From Gemmatimonadaceae bacterium (lineage in GTDB: Bacteria > Gemmatimonadota > Gemmatimonadetes > Gemmatimonadales > Gemmatimonadaceae), in NCBI GenBank assembly GCA_045804285.1, contig JBJMNL010000240.1, forward strand, positions 5,821-69,820: a DNA stretch of 64,000 bases. The letters are read 5' to 3'. The notes beneath the pieces were generated by a model that saw only the letters and a list, made by a program, of their open reading frames with translations, was not told where the DNA came from and searched no databases. Positions 38,749 through 49,656 of the stretch are shown here, in pieces. The translations under genes and the position numbers were made by a program. Position 1 is the stretch's first letter. Each line of letters starts with the position of its first letter.

Positions 38749-40107
38749 CTACCCGCGCTCGGCGCGCACGGCAAGCGCCGCCGTCAGCTCGCGCTTGAGC
38801 GCGTCGCGGCGCGCCTGGTACGCCGCCCGCGCCTCGTCCCCCGCCCCGCGCTGCCGCGCGAAGGCGGCGTCGAGGCTCGCAATCTCGCGCGCCAGCCGCT
38901 CGGGGTCGGCGGCGGCGGGCGCCGCGGCCGCCGCGGGCGCCCCGGCGGGCGCGAAGATCGGCCCCGCGGCGCCTAACGCGGGACGCCGGCTCCGCCCCGC
39001 GGCGCGGGCGAGGGCGAGCAGCATCGCCGCGCCGGCGAGCGTCACCACGACGGCCAGGTAGAGCGAGCGGGTGGTCGCGAGCGCCACCTTGGGGAACGAC
39101 ACCGTCGCCACGGCGCTCGCCGGCGCGTCCTGCGCGAGGAAGCGGCGGAAGTTGCGCCCCTCCTGCGCGACGGGGCTCACCTCGCGGAGCCGAGCGCCCC
39201 CGACCTCGCCCGCCTGTCCCTCGAGCAGCACCTCGAAGACCGACGTCGGGCGCTCGAGCGGCACGCGGAGCGGGAAGCGCTCCGGTGGCAGCGTGTACGA
39301 GAAGGACACCTGCTTGAGGCCCGGCGCGAGCGGCGCGTACACCTCGACGCGGCCGTCGGCGAGGCGCGCCGCGTCGGGGGCGACGTCCCCCTGCTGCATG
39401 CGGAAGTCGCCGGCGCCGGCCGGCACCACCGCGGCCCACGTCGGGCGCGAGGAGCCGAGCGGGGCACCGGCCGGGCCGGAGACGCCGGTGACCGTCGAGT
39501 CGTTCGAGAGCTCGTACACCTCGAGCACCTCGCGCCGGCCGTCGGCGCCGGCGCCGGCGCCGGCGCGCGGCGCGAAGACGATCAGGTGCCGCCCGCGGAT
39601 GGTGACCGGCACTGCCGCCGACGTGGTGTCGAAGACGGTGATCTCGGCGTCGTCGCCCGTGACCGAGCGCGCGGTGAGGGGCGGGGAGAAGTAGGCGATG
39701 CCGCCGTACGACGCCGACACGAAGTAGACGGCGCGCTCGCTCCCCGAGGTGCGATAGTCGAACGCATAGCGACCCGCCGCCTCGGTGCGCGCCGAGTCGA
39801 GCGGGCCGGCGCCGTCGGGCCCGACGCGGTGGATCGTGACCCACGTGCCGGGCGCGGCGACGACGCTGTCCCCGCCCGGACGCACGACGCGGCCGGCGAC
39901 GTGGCGCCGCTCGCCGGCCGGGGCCGCGGCGGCCGGCGACTCCTGCGCGGCGGCGCGGTGGGCCGCCGCGGCCGGGGCGGTGAGGAGGGCGGCGAGGGCG
40001 AGGACGCCGGCCGCGCGGCGCGAGCGCGGGCGGCCTACCCGAGGGTGGGCCGCCCGCCGCGGGACGACGCGAGCCGAATGCGCCCGTGGGGCGCGAGGAA
40101 GACGCAT
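38749..40107 (-). CDS. Membrane-anchored hypothetical protein with an N-terminal CarboxypepD_reg-like domain
   Basis: 452 aa. After the signal peptide comes VAGRVVRPGGDSVVAAPGTWVTIHRVG..AGRYAFDY, then one TM segment near residue 370 and a C-terminal helix (LAREIASLDAAFARQ..). The start is uncertain. Confidence 0.55.
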   Translation of the reverse strand: MRLPRAPRAHSARVVPRRAAHPRVGRPRSRRAAGVLALAALLTAPAAAAHRAAAQESPAAAAPAGERRHVAGRVVRPGGDSVVAAPGTWVTIHRVGPDGAGPLDSARTEAAGRYAFDYRTSGSERAVYFVSASYGGIAYFSPPLTARSVTGDDAEITVFDTTSAAVPVTIRGRHLIVFAPRAGAGAGADGRREVLEVYELSNDSTVTGVSGPAGAPLGSSRPTWAAVVPAGAGDFRMQQGDVAPDAARLADGRVEVYAPLAPGLKQVSFSYTLPPERFPLRVPLERPTSVFEVLLEGQAGEVGGARLREVSPVAQEGRNFRRFLAQDAPASAVATVSFPKVALATTRSLYLAVVVTLAGAAMLLALARAAGRSRRPALGAAGPIFAPAGAPAAAAAPAAADPERLAREIASLDAAFARQRGAGDEARAAYQARRDALKRELTAALAVRAERG

Positions 40108-40110
40108 GTC

Positions 40111-40638
40111 CTAGAGGTTGAACTTCCCGAAGTCCTCGGGGCGCAGCCGCTCGAGGTGCTCCTTGAGCTGCTCGGCGTTGAGGGTGTCGGGGTCCGCGGG
40201 CTGCGGGAGGCCGCTCGACGACGCGGACTCGGCCCCGTCCTCGTCCTCGTCCGACACCGCCGTGAGGAGCGACTCCTGGGCGAAGATCGGCGCCGAGAGG
40301 CGGAGCGCGATGGCGATGCCGTCGGAGGGGCGGGCATCGATCTGCACGAGTCCGTCGCCGCGCATCACGTGCAGCTCGGCGTAGTAGGTGTTCTTGTGGA
40401 CCTTCGTGATCTGGACGCGGCGCAGCGAGCCGCCGAGGCCGACGATCAGGTTCTTGCAGAGGTCGTGCGTGAGCGGGCGCTCGCGCTTGATGTTGTTCAT
40501 GTGCATCACGATCGACTCGGCCTCGGGCTGGCCGATCCAGATCGGGAGCAGGCGGGTGCCGTCCTTCTCTTGGAGGATGACGACGTAGGAGTTCGTGGAG
40601 CTGTCGATGCCGAGCTTCGCGACCGTGACTTCGACCAT
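40111..40638 (-). CDS. Bifunctional nuclease (BFN/DUF151) family protein
   Basis: Start MVEVTVAKLGIDSSTNSYVVILQEKDGTRLLPIWIG at 40638. It also contains THDL and an acidic tail. The rest of track ORF 40111..42021 is antisense shadow of ahcY. Confidence 0.8.
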   Translation of the reverse strand: MVEVTVAKLGIDSSTNSYVVILQEKDGTRLLPIWIGQPEAESIVMHMNNIKRERPLTHDLCKNLIVGLGGSLRRVQITKVHKNTYYAELHVMRGDGLVQIDARPSDGIAIALRLSAPIFAQESLLTAVSDEDEDGAESASSSGLPQPADPDTLNAEQLKEHLERLRPEDFGKFNL

Positions 40639-40703
40639 TGCGACTCTCGTCCTGCGTGTGCGGCGCCGCGCTCGTACGCGCGGGCCGCGGTGGCGGCGAT
40701 GCC

Positions 40704-40722
40704 GCGGGGGGCGCGCCCCCGC
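40704..40722 (-). terminator. G-run/C-run hairpin downstream of the ahcY stop
   Basis: GCGGGGGG CGCG CCCCCGC, 30 nt after the ahcY stop. Same flavour as the 10377/16031/58393 elements. Confidence 0.35.
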
Positions 40723-40751
40723 CGCGATCGCGGGGGGGGTGCGCCCGGGGC

Positions 40752-42246
<1,495 letters not shown>

Positions 42247-42268
42247 ATGCCGCGCGCCACGCGCCGCT

Positions 42269-43441
42269 TCACTTTACGGCTTTCCTGAGCTGGGAGACCC
42301 GGTCCGTCCGCTCCCACGTGAAGAAGGTGCGCCCGCCCCTGCCGTTCCCTTCCTTGACGGGAGTGCGGCCGAAGTGGCCGTAGGCGGCGGTACGCTGGTA
42401 GATCGGCTTGCGGAGCTCGAGCTCGCTGATGATCCCCTTCGGCGTGAGGTCGAAGACCTCGCGCACCGCGCGCTCCAGCGCCGCGTCGGGCACCGCGCCG
42501 GTGCCGAAGGTGTCGACCATCACCGACACCGGCTCGGCGACGCCGATCGCGTAGGCGACCTGCACCTCGCAGCGGCGCGCCAGCTTGGCGGCGACGATGT
42601 TCTTGGCCACCCAGCGCGCGGCGTAGCACGCCGAGCGGTCCACCTTCGACGGGTCCTTGCCGCTGAAGGCGCCGCCGCCGTGGCGCCCCATGCCGCCGTA
42701 GGTGTCGACGATGATCTTGCGCCCGGTGAGCCCGGCGTCGCCCTGCGGGCCGCCGACGACGAAGCGTCCGGTCGGGTTGATGTGGTACTTCGGCTTCTTC
42801 CCGAGCAGCTCGCGCGGGATCGTCGCCTCGATGACGTCGCCGATGATCGCCTTCTTGATCTTCGTGTGCGAGACCTCCTCCGAGTGCTGCGTCGACACGA
42901 CGACCGTGTCGACCTGCACCGGGCGGCCGTCCTCGTAGACCACCGTCACCTGCGCCTTGCCGTCGGGCCGGAGCCAGGGCAGGTCGCCGCTCTTGCGACG
43001 CTCGGTGAGTGCCTCGGCCAGGCGGTGGGCGAGGAGGATCGGCATCGGCATCAGCTCCTCCGTCTCGTCCGTGGCGTAGCCGAACATCATCCCCTGGTCG
43101 CCGGCGCCGCCGGTGTCCACGCCCTGCGCGATGTCGGGCGACTGCTTGTCGATCGTGCTCATGACCGCGCACGTCTTGCTGTCGAACCCGTAGGTCGCGT
43201 CGGTGTAGCCGATGCGCTCGATCGTGCCGCGCACGATCTCCGGGATGTGCACGTAGGTGTCGGTCGTGATCTCGCCCGCGACCACGGCGAGCCCCGTCGT
43301 GACGAGCGTCTCGCAGGCGACGCGCGCCGCCGGATCCTCCTCGAGGATGGCGTCGAGCACCGCGTCGGAGATCTGGTCGGCGATCTTGTCGGGGTGCCCT
43401 TCGGTGACGGACTCGGAGGTGAAGAGGTGTCTATCGAGCAC
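42269..43441 (-). CDS. metK: S-adenosylmethionine synthetase
   Basis: GTG at 43441 gives [27 protein letters not shown]. It also contains [12 protein letters not shown] and [16 protein letters not shown]. Confidence 0.95.
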   Translation of the reverse strand: MLDRHLFTSESVTEGHPDKIADQISDAVLDAILEEDPAARVACETLVTTGLAVVAGEITTDTYVHIPEIVRGTIERIGYTDATYGFDSKTCAVMSTIDKQSPDIAQGVDTGGAGDQGMMFGYATDETEELMPMPILLAHRLAEALTERRKSGDLPWLRPDGKAQVTVVYEDGRPVQVDTVVVSTQHSEEVSHTKIKKAIIGDVIEATIPRELLGKKPKYHINPTGRFVVGGPQGDAGLTGRKIIVDTYGGMGRHGGGAFSGKDPSKVDRSACYAARWVAKNIVAAKLARRCEVQVAYAIGVAEPVSVMVDTFGTGAVPDAALERAVREVFDLTPKGIISELELRKPIYQRTAAYGHFGRTPVKEGNGRGGRTFFTWERTDRVSQLRKAVK

Positions 43442-43508
43442 GAACGATCCCGTGGTGAGTGGCGGTGACGGAGCCGCGTGGCGCGCCGTCGGACGGCGTC
43501 CGGGGCAC

Positions 43509-43537
43509 GAAAACGGAGGGCGCCGGTCAAGGCGCCC
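43509..43537 (-). terminator. Terminator-like hairpin in the ptsI-metK intergenic region / metK leader
   Basis: The minus strand reads GGGCGCC ttgacc GGCGCCC TCCGTTTTC, about 70 nt upstream of the metK GTG. Confidence 0.45.
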
Positions 43538-43591
43538 CGCGCCTGTGATGATACTGGGTTCGCCGGGCGTCAGCAACCGCCGGGCCACGAA

Positions 43592-43659
43592 GCGCGATCG
43601 ACGAGGCGCGATTCACGGGGTGCGATCCACCAGGGGCGACCGGCCAGGTGCGATCCACC
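43592..43659. repeat. Five tandem ~14-nt repeats (consensus GGTGCGATCCACC)
   Basis: gcgcgatcgac (43592), gcgcgattcac (43606), ggtgcgatccacc (43619), degenerate ggggcgaccggcc (43633) and ggtgcgatccacc (43647), giving a 14-nt register. Confidence 0.7.
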
Positions 43660-43673
43660 GCGCGCGGCGCGTC

Positions 43674-45443
43674 TCAGGCGATCAGGCTCTCCTCGAGGAA
43701 CGGGGCGTCGGCGCCGAGCGCCAGGACGGCGTAGCGGCGGACCGCGGCCTCGGCCCCGGCCGCGGTCCGGGCGTCGAGCGCCTCGGCCACGGCCTGGGCC
43801 GCCCCCGCCGCGCTCACCCCGCGCACGATGCGCTTCACCATCGGCACCGAGCGCGGCGAGACGCTGAGCTGGCGCACCCCGAGGCCGATGAGCGCCAGCG
43901 CCATCAGCGGCTGCGACGCCATCTCGCCGCACACGGCGACGTCGAGCCCGTGGGCCATCGCCACCTCGACGGTGCGCCGGACGAGACGCAGCACCGCCGG
44001 GTGCATCGGCGTGAAGCGCGAGGCGAGGTTCGCGTTCCCGCGGTCGACGGCGAGCGTGTACTGGACCAGGTCGTTCGTGCCGATCGAGAAGAAGGCGACG
44101 TCGTCCACGAGCGTGTCGGCCGCGACGGCCGCGGCGGGGGTCTCGACCATCACGCCGAGCGGGACGTCGCGCCGGAAGCGCGCGCCGCGCGCCGCGAGCT
44201 CCGCGGCCGCCTCCTCGAGCAGTGCGCGCGCCTGCCGCACCTCATCCACCGAGACGACGAGGGGGAGCATGATCCGCAGGTCGCCGTCGGCGGCGGCGCG
44301 AAGCAGCGCCCGGAGCTGCACCTTGAACAGCTCCGGCTGGTCGAGGCACATGCGGATCGCGCGCCAGCCGAGGAACGGGTTCGCCTCGCTCGGGAAGCCG
44401 CCGACGGGGAGCTTGTCCCCCCCGATGTCGTAGGTGCGGATGACGACCGGCCGCCCCTCGAAGGCGTGGACGACGCGCGCGTAGGCGCGGTACTGCTCGT
44501 CCTCGTCCGGCATCGCCGCGCGGCCGACGACGAGGAACTCGGTCCGCATGAGCCCGACCCCCTCGGCGCCGCTCGTCGCCGCGAGGTCGGCTTCCTCGGG
44601 GAGGTCGACGTTCGCCCGGAGGATGACGCGGACGCCGTCGGTCGTCACCGGCTCCGCGGTGGTGAGCTGGCGCAGCTCGACCTCGGCGGCCGCCTCGCGC
44701 ACCGCCCGCTCCCGGTAGGCGACGATCTCGTCCGCCGTCGGATTGACCGCGAGCACGCCGGTCGAGCCGTCGAGCGCCAGCCGCTCGTCGCCGCGCAGGC
44801 GCGCGGTGGCGTCGCGCAGCCCGACGATCGCCGGCAGGCCGAGCGAGCGCGCGAGGATCGCGACGTGCGACGTGCGCGTCCCGGCGTCGGTCGCGATGGC
44901 GGCGATCGCCTCGCGGTCGAGCTGGATCGTGAGGCTCGGCGTGAGGTCGTGCGTGACGAGGATCGCGTTCGACCCCTTGGGCACGTCCACGGGGTCGTGG
45001 TCGGAGAGGCCGAGGAGGATCGTGAGGACGCGGATGTGGACGTCGGTGAGGTCGCCGACGCGCTCGCGCATCATCGCCTGGTTGTGGCGCGCGAAGTGGC
45101 CGCGCCACTCGAGGAGCACGAAGTCGAACGCCTTCTCCGCGCTCCAGTTCTGCCGGATGAGCGCCTCCACGCTCTCGGTGAGCGTCGCGTCCTCGAGGAT
45201 CGAGATCTGCACGTCGAAGATCGCCGCCTCCTCCGGCCCCGCCTGCCGCTCGGCGCGCGCGCGCACCTGCCGCAGCCGCGCCTTGGCCGCCTCCACCGCC
45301 TCGCGCAGCCGGTGCACCTCCCCGTCGATCATGTCGTCGGCGACGATGCGGTGCGGCACCTCGGGCACCTCCCAGCGCAGGAGGTGCACGGGGCCGACGA
45401 CGATGCCCGGCGAGGCGGGGATCCCGAGGAGACGCTTGTCCAC
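43674..45443 (-). CDS. ptsI: Phosphoenolpyruvate-protein phosphotransferase (PTS enzyme I)
   Basis: GIPASPGIVVGPV, GTRTSHVAILARSLGLPAIVG (active-site His region) and SIGTNDLVQYTLAVDR. Confidence 0.95.
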   Translation of the reverse strand: MDKRLLGIPASPGIVVGPVHLLRWEVPEVPHRIVADDMIDGEVHRLREAVEAAKARLRQVRARAERQAGPEEAAIFDVQISILEDATLTESVEALIRQNWSAEKAFDFVLLEWRGHFARHNQAMMRERVGDLTDVHIRVLTILLGLSDHDPVDVPKGSNAILVTHDLTPSLTIQLDREAIAAIATDAGTRTSHVAILARSLGLPAIVGLRDATARLRGDERLALDGSTGVLAVNPTADEIVAYRERAVREAAAEVELRQLTTAEPVTTDGVRVILRANVDLPEEADLAATSGAEGVGLMRTEFLVVGRAAMPDEDEQYRAYARVVHAFEGRPVVIRTYDIGGDKLPVGGFPSEANPFLGWRAIRMCLDQPELFKVQLRALLRAAADGDLRIMLPLVVSVDEVRQARALLEEAAAELAARGARFRRDVPLGVMVETPAAAVAADTLVDDVAFFSIGTNDLVQYTLAVDRGNANLASRFTPMHPAVLRLVRRTVEVAMAHGLDVAVCGEMASQPLMALALIGLGVRQLSVSPRSVPMVKRIVRGVSAAGAAQAVAEALDARTAAGAEAAVRRYAVLALGADAPFLEESLIA

Positions 45444-45445
45444 GC

Positions 45446-45712
45446 TTACGACTCCCCGAACTTGTCGGCGATCAGGCGCGACAGCGTCTCGAGCGCCTGC
45501 TCGGCGTCCGGCCCGCTGGCGCGCAGCCGCACCGTCGATCCGTACTCGGCCGCGAGCATCATCACGCCCATGATGCTCTTCCCGTTCACCTCCAGGTCGT
45601 CGCGCGTGATGGTGATGTCGCTCTCGAACTTGGAGGCCGCCTTGACGATCTCGGCGGCGGGACGCGCGTGCAGGCCGTTCCGGTTGACGATTTGGACGCT
45701 TCGCTCAGCCAT
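45446..45712 (-). CDS. ptsH: Phosphocarrier protein HPr
   Basis: His15 context reads NRNGLHARPAA and Ser46 context reads NGKSIMGVMML. Confidence 0.95.
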   Translation of the reverse strand: MAERSVQIVNRNGLHARPAAEIVKAASKFESDITITRDDLEVNGKSIMGVMMLAAEYGSTVRLRASGPDAEQALETLSRLIADKFGES

Positions 45713-46502
45713 GCCGAACCACCGAGTAAAGGACGAACGCCGCGAGCGCGTAGAGGGCCAGCCGCCACCCTTCCACGCGGCCGTGCAGGCGCGCCAGCAG
45801 CACGGCCCCGAGGACGACGGCGACGAGGACGCCGCCGGTGAGTGCCCGCCCGACGCCGATGAGGCGGTAGAGGGCGAGCGGCAGCGCGAGGCCGCCGACG
45901 ACGGCCGCCGCGCGCGCGATGTGCTGCGGCCCTTGCCGCAGGACGGGGTTGGCGAGCGCCCCGGCCACCCCGGTGCCGCGCCGCCACCCGACCGTCAGCC
46001 CCCACGCGCGCAGCGCGAGGTGCCCCGCGTTGTAGAGCGCCAGGAAGAGCGACACGACGACGCCCGTGGGCGCGCCGAGGCCGAACGCGGCGAGCGCGAC
46101 GAGCGAGCACAGCGGCAGCCAGCCCGCCCACACCAGCCGGTCGCCGACGCTGCCGAGCGGGCCGCAGAGCGCCGTGCGGAATCGCTCGATGCGCGCCGGC
46201 TGCACCTCGTCGAGCTCCACGCGCGCCAACGACCCGACCGCGACCGCGGCCAGGTACGGGTGCGCGTTAAAGTACTCCGATTGGCGCGCGAGCGCCGCCC
46301 GGTACGCCTCCCCGCCGCGCCCTCCCGGGAGCAGGCGGAGCGCGGGCTCGGTGCAGAAGCCGATGCCGTTCCCGAGCAGCGTCTCGTAGTTCCACGAGCC
46401 CTGGATCGCGAGCAGCCGCAGATACATCGCGCACCAGGTGCGCGCGGGGAGCGCGCGCTGCGGTCGGGGTGGGGCCGCGGCGGCGGGGACGGAGGTAGCC
46501 AT
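45705..46502 (-). CDS. PTS mannose-family EIID component
   Basis: Start MATSVPAAAA at 46502. Motifs read LLAIQGSWNYETLLGNGIGF and QSEYFNAHPYLAAVAVG. Confidence 0.8.
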   Translation of the reverse strand: MATSVPAAAAPPRPQRALPARTWCAMYLRLLAIQGSWNYETLLGNGIGFCTEPALRLLPGGRGGEAYRAALARQSEYFNAHPYLAAVAVGSLARVELDEVQPARIERFRTALCGPLGSVGDRLVWAGWLPLCSLVALAAFGLGAPTGVVVSLFLALYNAGHLALRAWGLTVGWRRGTGVAGALANPVLRQGPQHIARAAAVVGGLALPLALYRLIGVGRALTGGVLVAVVLGAVLLARLHGRVEGWRLALYALAAFVLYSVVRHG

Positions 46503-46510
46503 CTGCCGGC

Positions 46511-47200
46511 TCAGCGCAGCACGAGGAGCACGAGCCCGGCGGCCAGCCCGCCGAGGAAGTACCAGCGCGCGCCCTCCGTGGCGTGGAAGATCTTCCACGC
46601 CGCGCCGGCGGCGACGGTGGCCGCCACGCCCACCGCGAAGGCCCGCGACGAGGCGGCGCTCGCCCCCCAGTGCGCCAGCGCGAGCGTCGTGAGCGGGCGG
46701 AGCAGCGCGTAGGCGGCCGCGGTCAGCACGCCGCCGCGCACGAGGTCCGCGGTCAGCCCCCACACCTGCAGCCCCTCCACGGTGCGCGCCGAGCCGCGCT
46801 CGACCTCGGCGAGGTGCGCCCGCGCCCACCGCGCGTTGAGCCGCCGCAGGAGGACCATCGAGTAGCTGCTCACGCGCGCCGTGGCGAGCGCCGCCAGCAC
46901 GGCGACGATGAGCGCCGCCGGGTTGCCCGGCGCGCCGGAGGCGAACAGGGCGCCGCCGACGACCGACGCCGAGCCCCACTCCGGGTAGCGCGACGCGCCG
47001 AAGGGGAGCGTCTCGAGCGCGATCAGCTCGAGCGCCGCCCCGATGACGATGCCGTGCACGGGGTAGCCGAGCAGCGCCGCGGCGGCGGTCGCGGCGACGA
47101 GCGGACGCGAGACCATCGCCTGCGGGAAGCTGACGACGTCGAGCCCCAGCACCGCGCCGAGCAGGGCGATCGGCAGAAGGTCGGCGAGCACGGTGAGCAC
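46511..47200 (-). CDS. PTS mannose-family EIIC component
   Basis: Polytopic membrane protein (LGAVLGLDVVSFPQAMVSRPLV .. ELIALETLPFGASRYPEWG) positioned between EIIB and EIID. Confidence 0.75.
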   Translation of the reverse strand: MLTVLADLLPIALLGAVLGLDVVSFPQAMVSRPLVAATAAAALLGYPVHGIVIGAALELIALETLPFGASRYPEWGSASVVGGALFASGAPGNPAALIVAVLAALATARVSSYSMVLLRRLNARWARAHLAEVERGSARTVEGLQVWGLTADLVRGGVLTAAAYALLRPLTTLALAHWGASAASSRAFAVGVAATVAAGAAWKIFHATEGARWYFLGGLAAGLVLLVLR

Positions 47201-47245
47201 CGGCGGGCTACGCCGCGGCGAGCGTGGAGGGGGAGCGCGCGGCCG

Positions 47246-47737
47246 TCACGAGTCGCCGCGCGAGTTGAGCACGTCTTCCAGCGGCACGGGCCGCGCCGCG
47301 GGGACGTCCTGCGCCGTGACGGTCACGCCCGAGCGGGCGAGGGCGCGCAGCGCCTGCTCCTCGTCGGGGGCGAGAAAGACGTAGCGGAGCCGCTGCACCC
47401 GGCCGGCGCGGTGGTGGATGCCGCCCAGGTTCACCGTGCGAATCGTGGGCACGCGGGCGACGACGCGGCTCATCGTGGTGATGTCGCCGGTGAGGAGCAG
47501 ACCGGGACGGGGGTCGCGCGCGAACTGGGCGAAGCGCACCACGGCGCCCTCCACCGACTCGAAGAACACCTCCATCTCCGGCGGCACGCCCATGCGGTAG
47601 AGCTCCTGCTCCCAGTCGCTGGTCGCGACCTCGTCGTCCACGAGGACGATGAAGCGAAGGTCGAGCGGCTGTCCCCATCCGACGACGACCTGACCGTGGA
47701 TCAGCCGGTCGTCGATGCGGCAGAGCTCAACGGCCAC
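47246..47737 (-). CDS. PTS mannose/sorbose-family EIIB component
   Basis: The N-terminus reads CRIDDRLIHGQVVVGW (phospho-His motif). Confidence 0.85.
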   Translation of the reverse strand: MAVELCRIDDRLIHGQVVVGWGQPLDLRFIVLVDDEVATSDWEQELYRMGVPPEMEVFFESVEGAVVRFAQFARDPRPGLLLTGDITTMSRVVARVPTIRTVNLGGIHHRAGRVQRLRYVFLAPDEEQALRALARSGVTVTAQDVPAARPVPLEDVLNSRGDS

Positions 47738-48188
47738 CGGTCGCCCCCACGACGGCGAGGGAGGCGCGCCCCTTCTCCGCCGCGTGCTGCGCCGCTTGGG
47801 CCGGCGGCGCGTCGGCGTGGAAGACGAAATCGAGGAGCGTCGCCAGGTTCGCGCCCGTCACGAGCACGAGGTCCGGGCGGTCGCGCTGCAGCCGCCGCGC
47901 GGCGATCGTGCAGCTCCCGGCGGGCAGGTCGGTGAAGACGACGCGCGCGCCGAAGGCGTCGGCCTGCTCGCGCATCGCCCGTTCGATGTCGTCGGCGCCC
48001 AGTCCACGATTGGAGAGCGGGACGAAGACGTCGCCGCGCCCGGTGATCTGCGCGACCGCGGAGACGACCCCGACGGCGAACTCGCCATGGCCGGCGACGA
48101 TCGCGCGTCCCACCGGCGAGCCCGTGGCGGGCTCGCCGGCGCGGGGGACGGCGCGCTCGTCCGGCGCGCCGCCAGCGTTATTCGTCAT
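47727..48188 (-). CDS. PTS mannose-family EIIA component
   Basis: IVAGHGEFAVGVVSAV (active-site His) and VFTDLPAGSC. Confidence 0.8.
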   Translation of the reverse strand: MTNNAGGAPDERAVPRAGEPATGSPVGRAIVAGHGEFAVGVVSAVAQITGRGDVFVPLSNRGLGADDIERAMREQADAFGARVVFTDLPAGSCTIAARRLQRDRPDLVLVTGANLATLLDFVFHADAPPAQAAQHAAEKGRASLAVVGATGGR

Positions 48189-49176
48189 CTTCCTGAAGAT
48201 AGTCGCGGACGTGGGCCGGCGGGGGCATGCGCGAGTCCGCGGCGTCGCGCATGCGGCGGATGAGCCGCTGGTTGAACACCTCCGCCGCGTCCACGCCGCT
48301 GTAGCGGAGGAGGTGGTTCATGGCGATCACCTCGGCGATCACCGTGATGTTCTTCCCCGGGTTCAGCGGCACGGTGATCTTGGGGATCTGGACGTCGAGG
48401 ATCGCCGTCGAGGCGCCGTCGAGACCCGTGCGCTCGACGACCGCGTTCTGGTCCCACTCCTCGAGCTGCACCACGACCTCGATGCGCTTCTGCTGGCGCA
48501 CCGCCCGGATGCCGAAGATCGCCGGGATGTCGATCAGCCCGACGCCGCGGATCTCCATGTAGTGGCGCTGCAGCTCGTGGCCGCGGCCGATCAGGACGTC
48601 GTTGCCGCGCCGCGTCGTGATCACCAGGTCGTCGGCGACGAGGCGGTGGCCGCGCTCGACGAGGTCGAGCACGCACTCCGACTTGCCGATCCCGCTCTTG
48701 CCGATGAACAGGAGCCCGACCCCGAACACGTCGGCGAGCGAGCCGTGGAGCGTCGTCGTCGGCGCGAACTCCTCTTCCATCACCGGCTTGATGCGCCGGT
48801 AGAACTCGTTGGTCTTGAGCGCCGAGCGCAGGATCGGGATGCCGGCGGCCCCAGCGCACTCGCCGAGGTCGGGCGGCAGCTCCTGCGCCTTGGTGACGAA
48901 GACGCAGGGGATCGGAAACGAGAAGAAGAGGTCGAGGATCCGGCGCCGCTCCGCGTCGTCGAGCTGCCGCAGGTAGGTGACCTCGGTCTCGCCGAGCACC
49001 TGGAGGCGCTGCGCCGGAAAGCGGTCGACGTAGCCGGCGAGGGCGAGGCCCGGGCTCGAGACGTCGGACGACTCGATGACCCGGTCGAGCCCTACGGGGG
49101 CGCCGACCTGCTCGAGGTGGAGCGTCTCGCGCATCCGGTCGAGCAGACGGCCGACGGTGAGCGGCTTACCGTTCAC
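48178..49176 (-). CDS. hprK: HPr kinase/phosphorylase
   Basis: Walker A reads LLFIGKSGIGKSECVLDL. Other motifs read LVADDLV and EIRGVGLIDI. I prefer the GTG at 49176 as the start; ATG at 49281 is the alternative. Confidence 0.9.
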   Translation of the reverse strand: MNGKPLTVGRLLDRMRETLHLEQVGAPVGLDRVIESSDVSSPGLALAGYVDRFPAQRLQVLGETEVTYLRQLDDAERRRILDLFFSFPIPCVFVTKAQELPPDLGECAGAAGIPILRSALKTNEFYRRIKPVMEEEFAPTTTLHGSLADVFGVGLLFIGKSGIGKSECVLDLVERGHRLVADDLVITTRRGNDVLIGRGHELQRHYMEIRGVGLIDIPAIFGIRAVRQQKRIEVVVQLEEWDQNAVVERTGLDGASTAILDVQIPKITVPLNPGKNITVIAEVIAMNHLLRYSGVDAAEVFNQRLIRRMRDAADSRMPPPAHVRDYLQEDDE

Positions 49177-49231
49177 GGGGCCCCACCGTCGTGCGGCCGC
49201 CCCGCCGCCGCTACGGGCGCGATGGATCGCC

Positions 49232-49651
49232 TCACGCGTTGGCGATCTCCCCCGCGCCGGGCGCGCGCACGCCGAGCCCACCGGCCGCGCCGTCGCCCGC
49301 CACGAGATCGGCCACGTCGAGCTCCGCCGCGCGCGCCGCGGCGACGCCGAGCCGGCCGGCGCCGGTGCCCTTCCGCGAGTGCTTGACGGCGGCCGCCTGC
49401 CGCTGAAGCCGCGCGACCGCCGTGGCGAGCGCGGCGCCGAAGACGCGCGCGCTCCCCTCGGCGATCATCGGGCGCTTGCGCGGGGCGCGGAGAACGATCT
49501 CCACGCGACGTACCGGCCCGTCCGCCTCGAAGCGGACGATCGCGTCGACCGCGCGGTGGACGCGCCCCGCGACCCTGTGGACCGCGCGCCGCGCGCGCTC
49601 GCGCATCGGCTCGGAGACGCGCGCGTGATGTGCCTGAAAGACGATGTGCAC
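49232..49651 (-). CDS. hpf: Ribosome hibernation promoting factor (S30AE/RaiA family)
   Basis: GTG at 49651 gives VHIVFQAHHARVSEPMRERARRAVHRVAGRV .. VRFEADGPVRRVEIVL. Confidence 0.7.
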   Translation of the reverse strand: MHIVFQAHHARVSEPMRERARRAVHRVAGRVHRAVDAIVRFEADGPVRRVEIVLRAPRKRPMIAEGSARVFGAALATAVARLQRQAAAVKHSRKGTGAGRLGVAAARAAELDVADLVAGDGAAGGLGVRAPGAGEIANA

Positions 49652-49656
49652 CGGCG

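Noticed and set aside
43560-43600. SAM-I-like GCAACC/GGCCC strings near metK
   Set aside because: The strings (cagCAACCgccGGGCC) occur on the + strand, antisense to metK, and are not in SAM-I order. No P1-P4 architecture could be built by eye.
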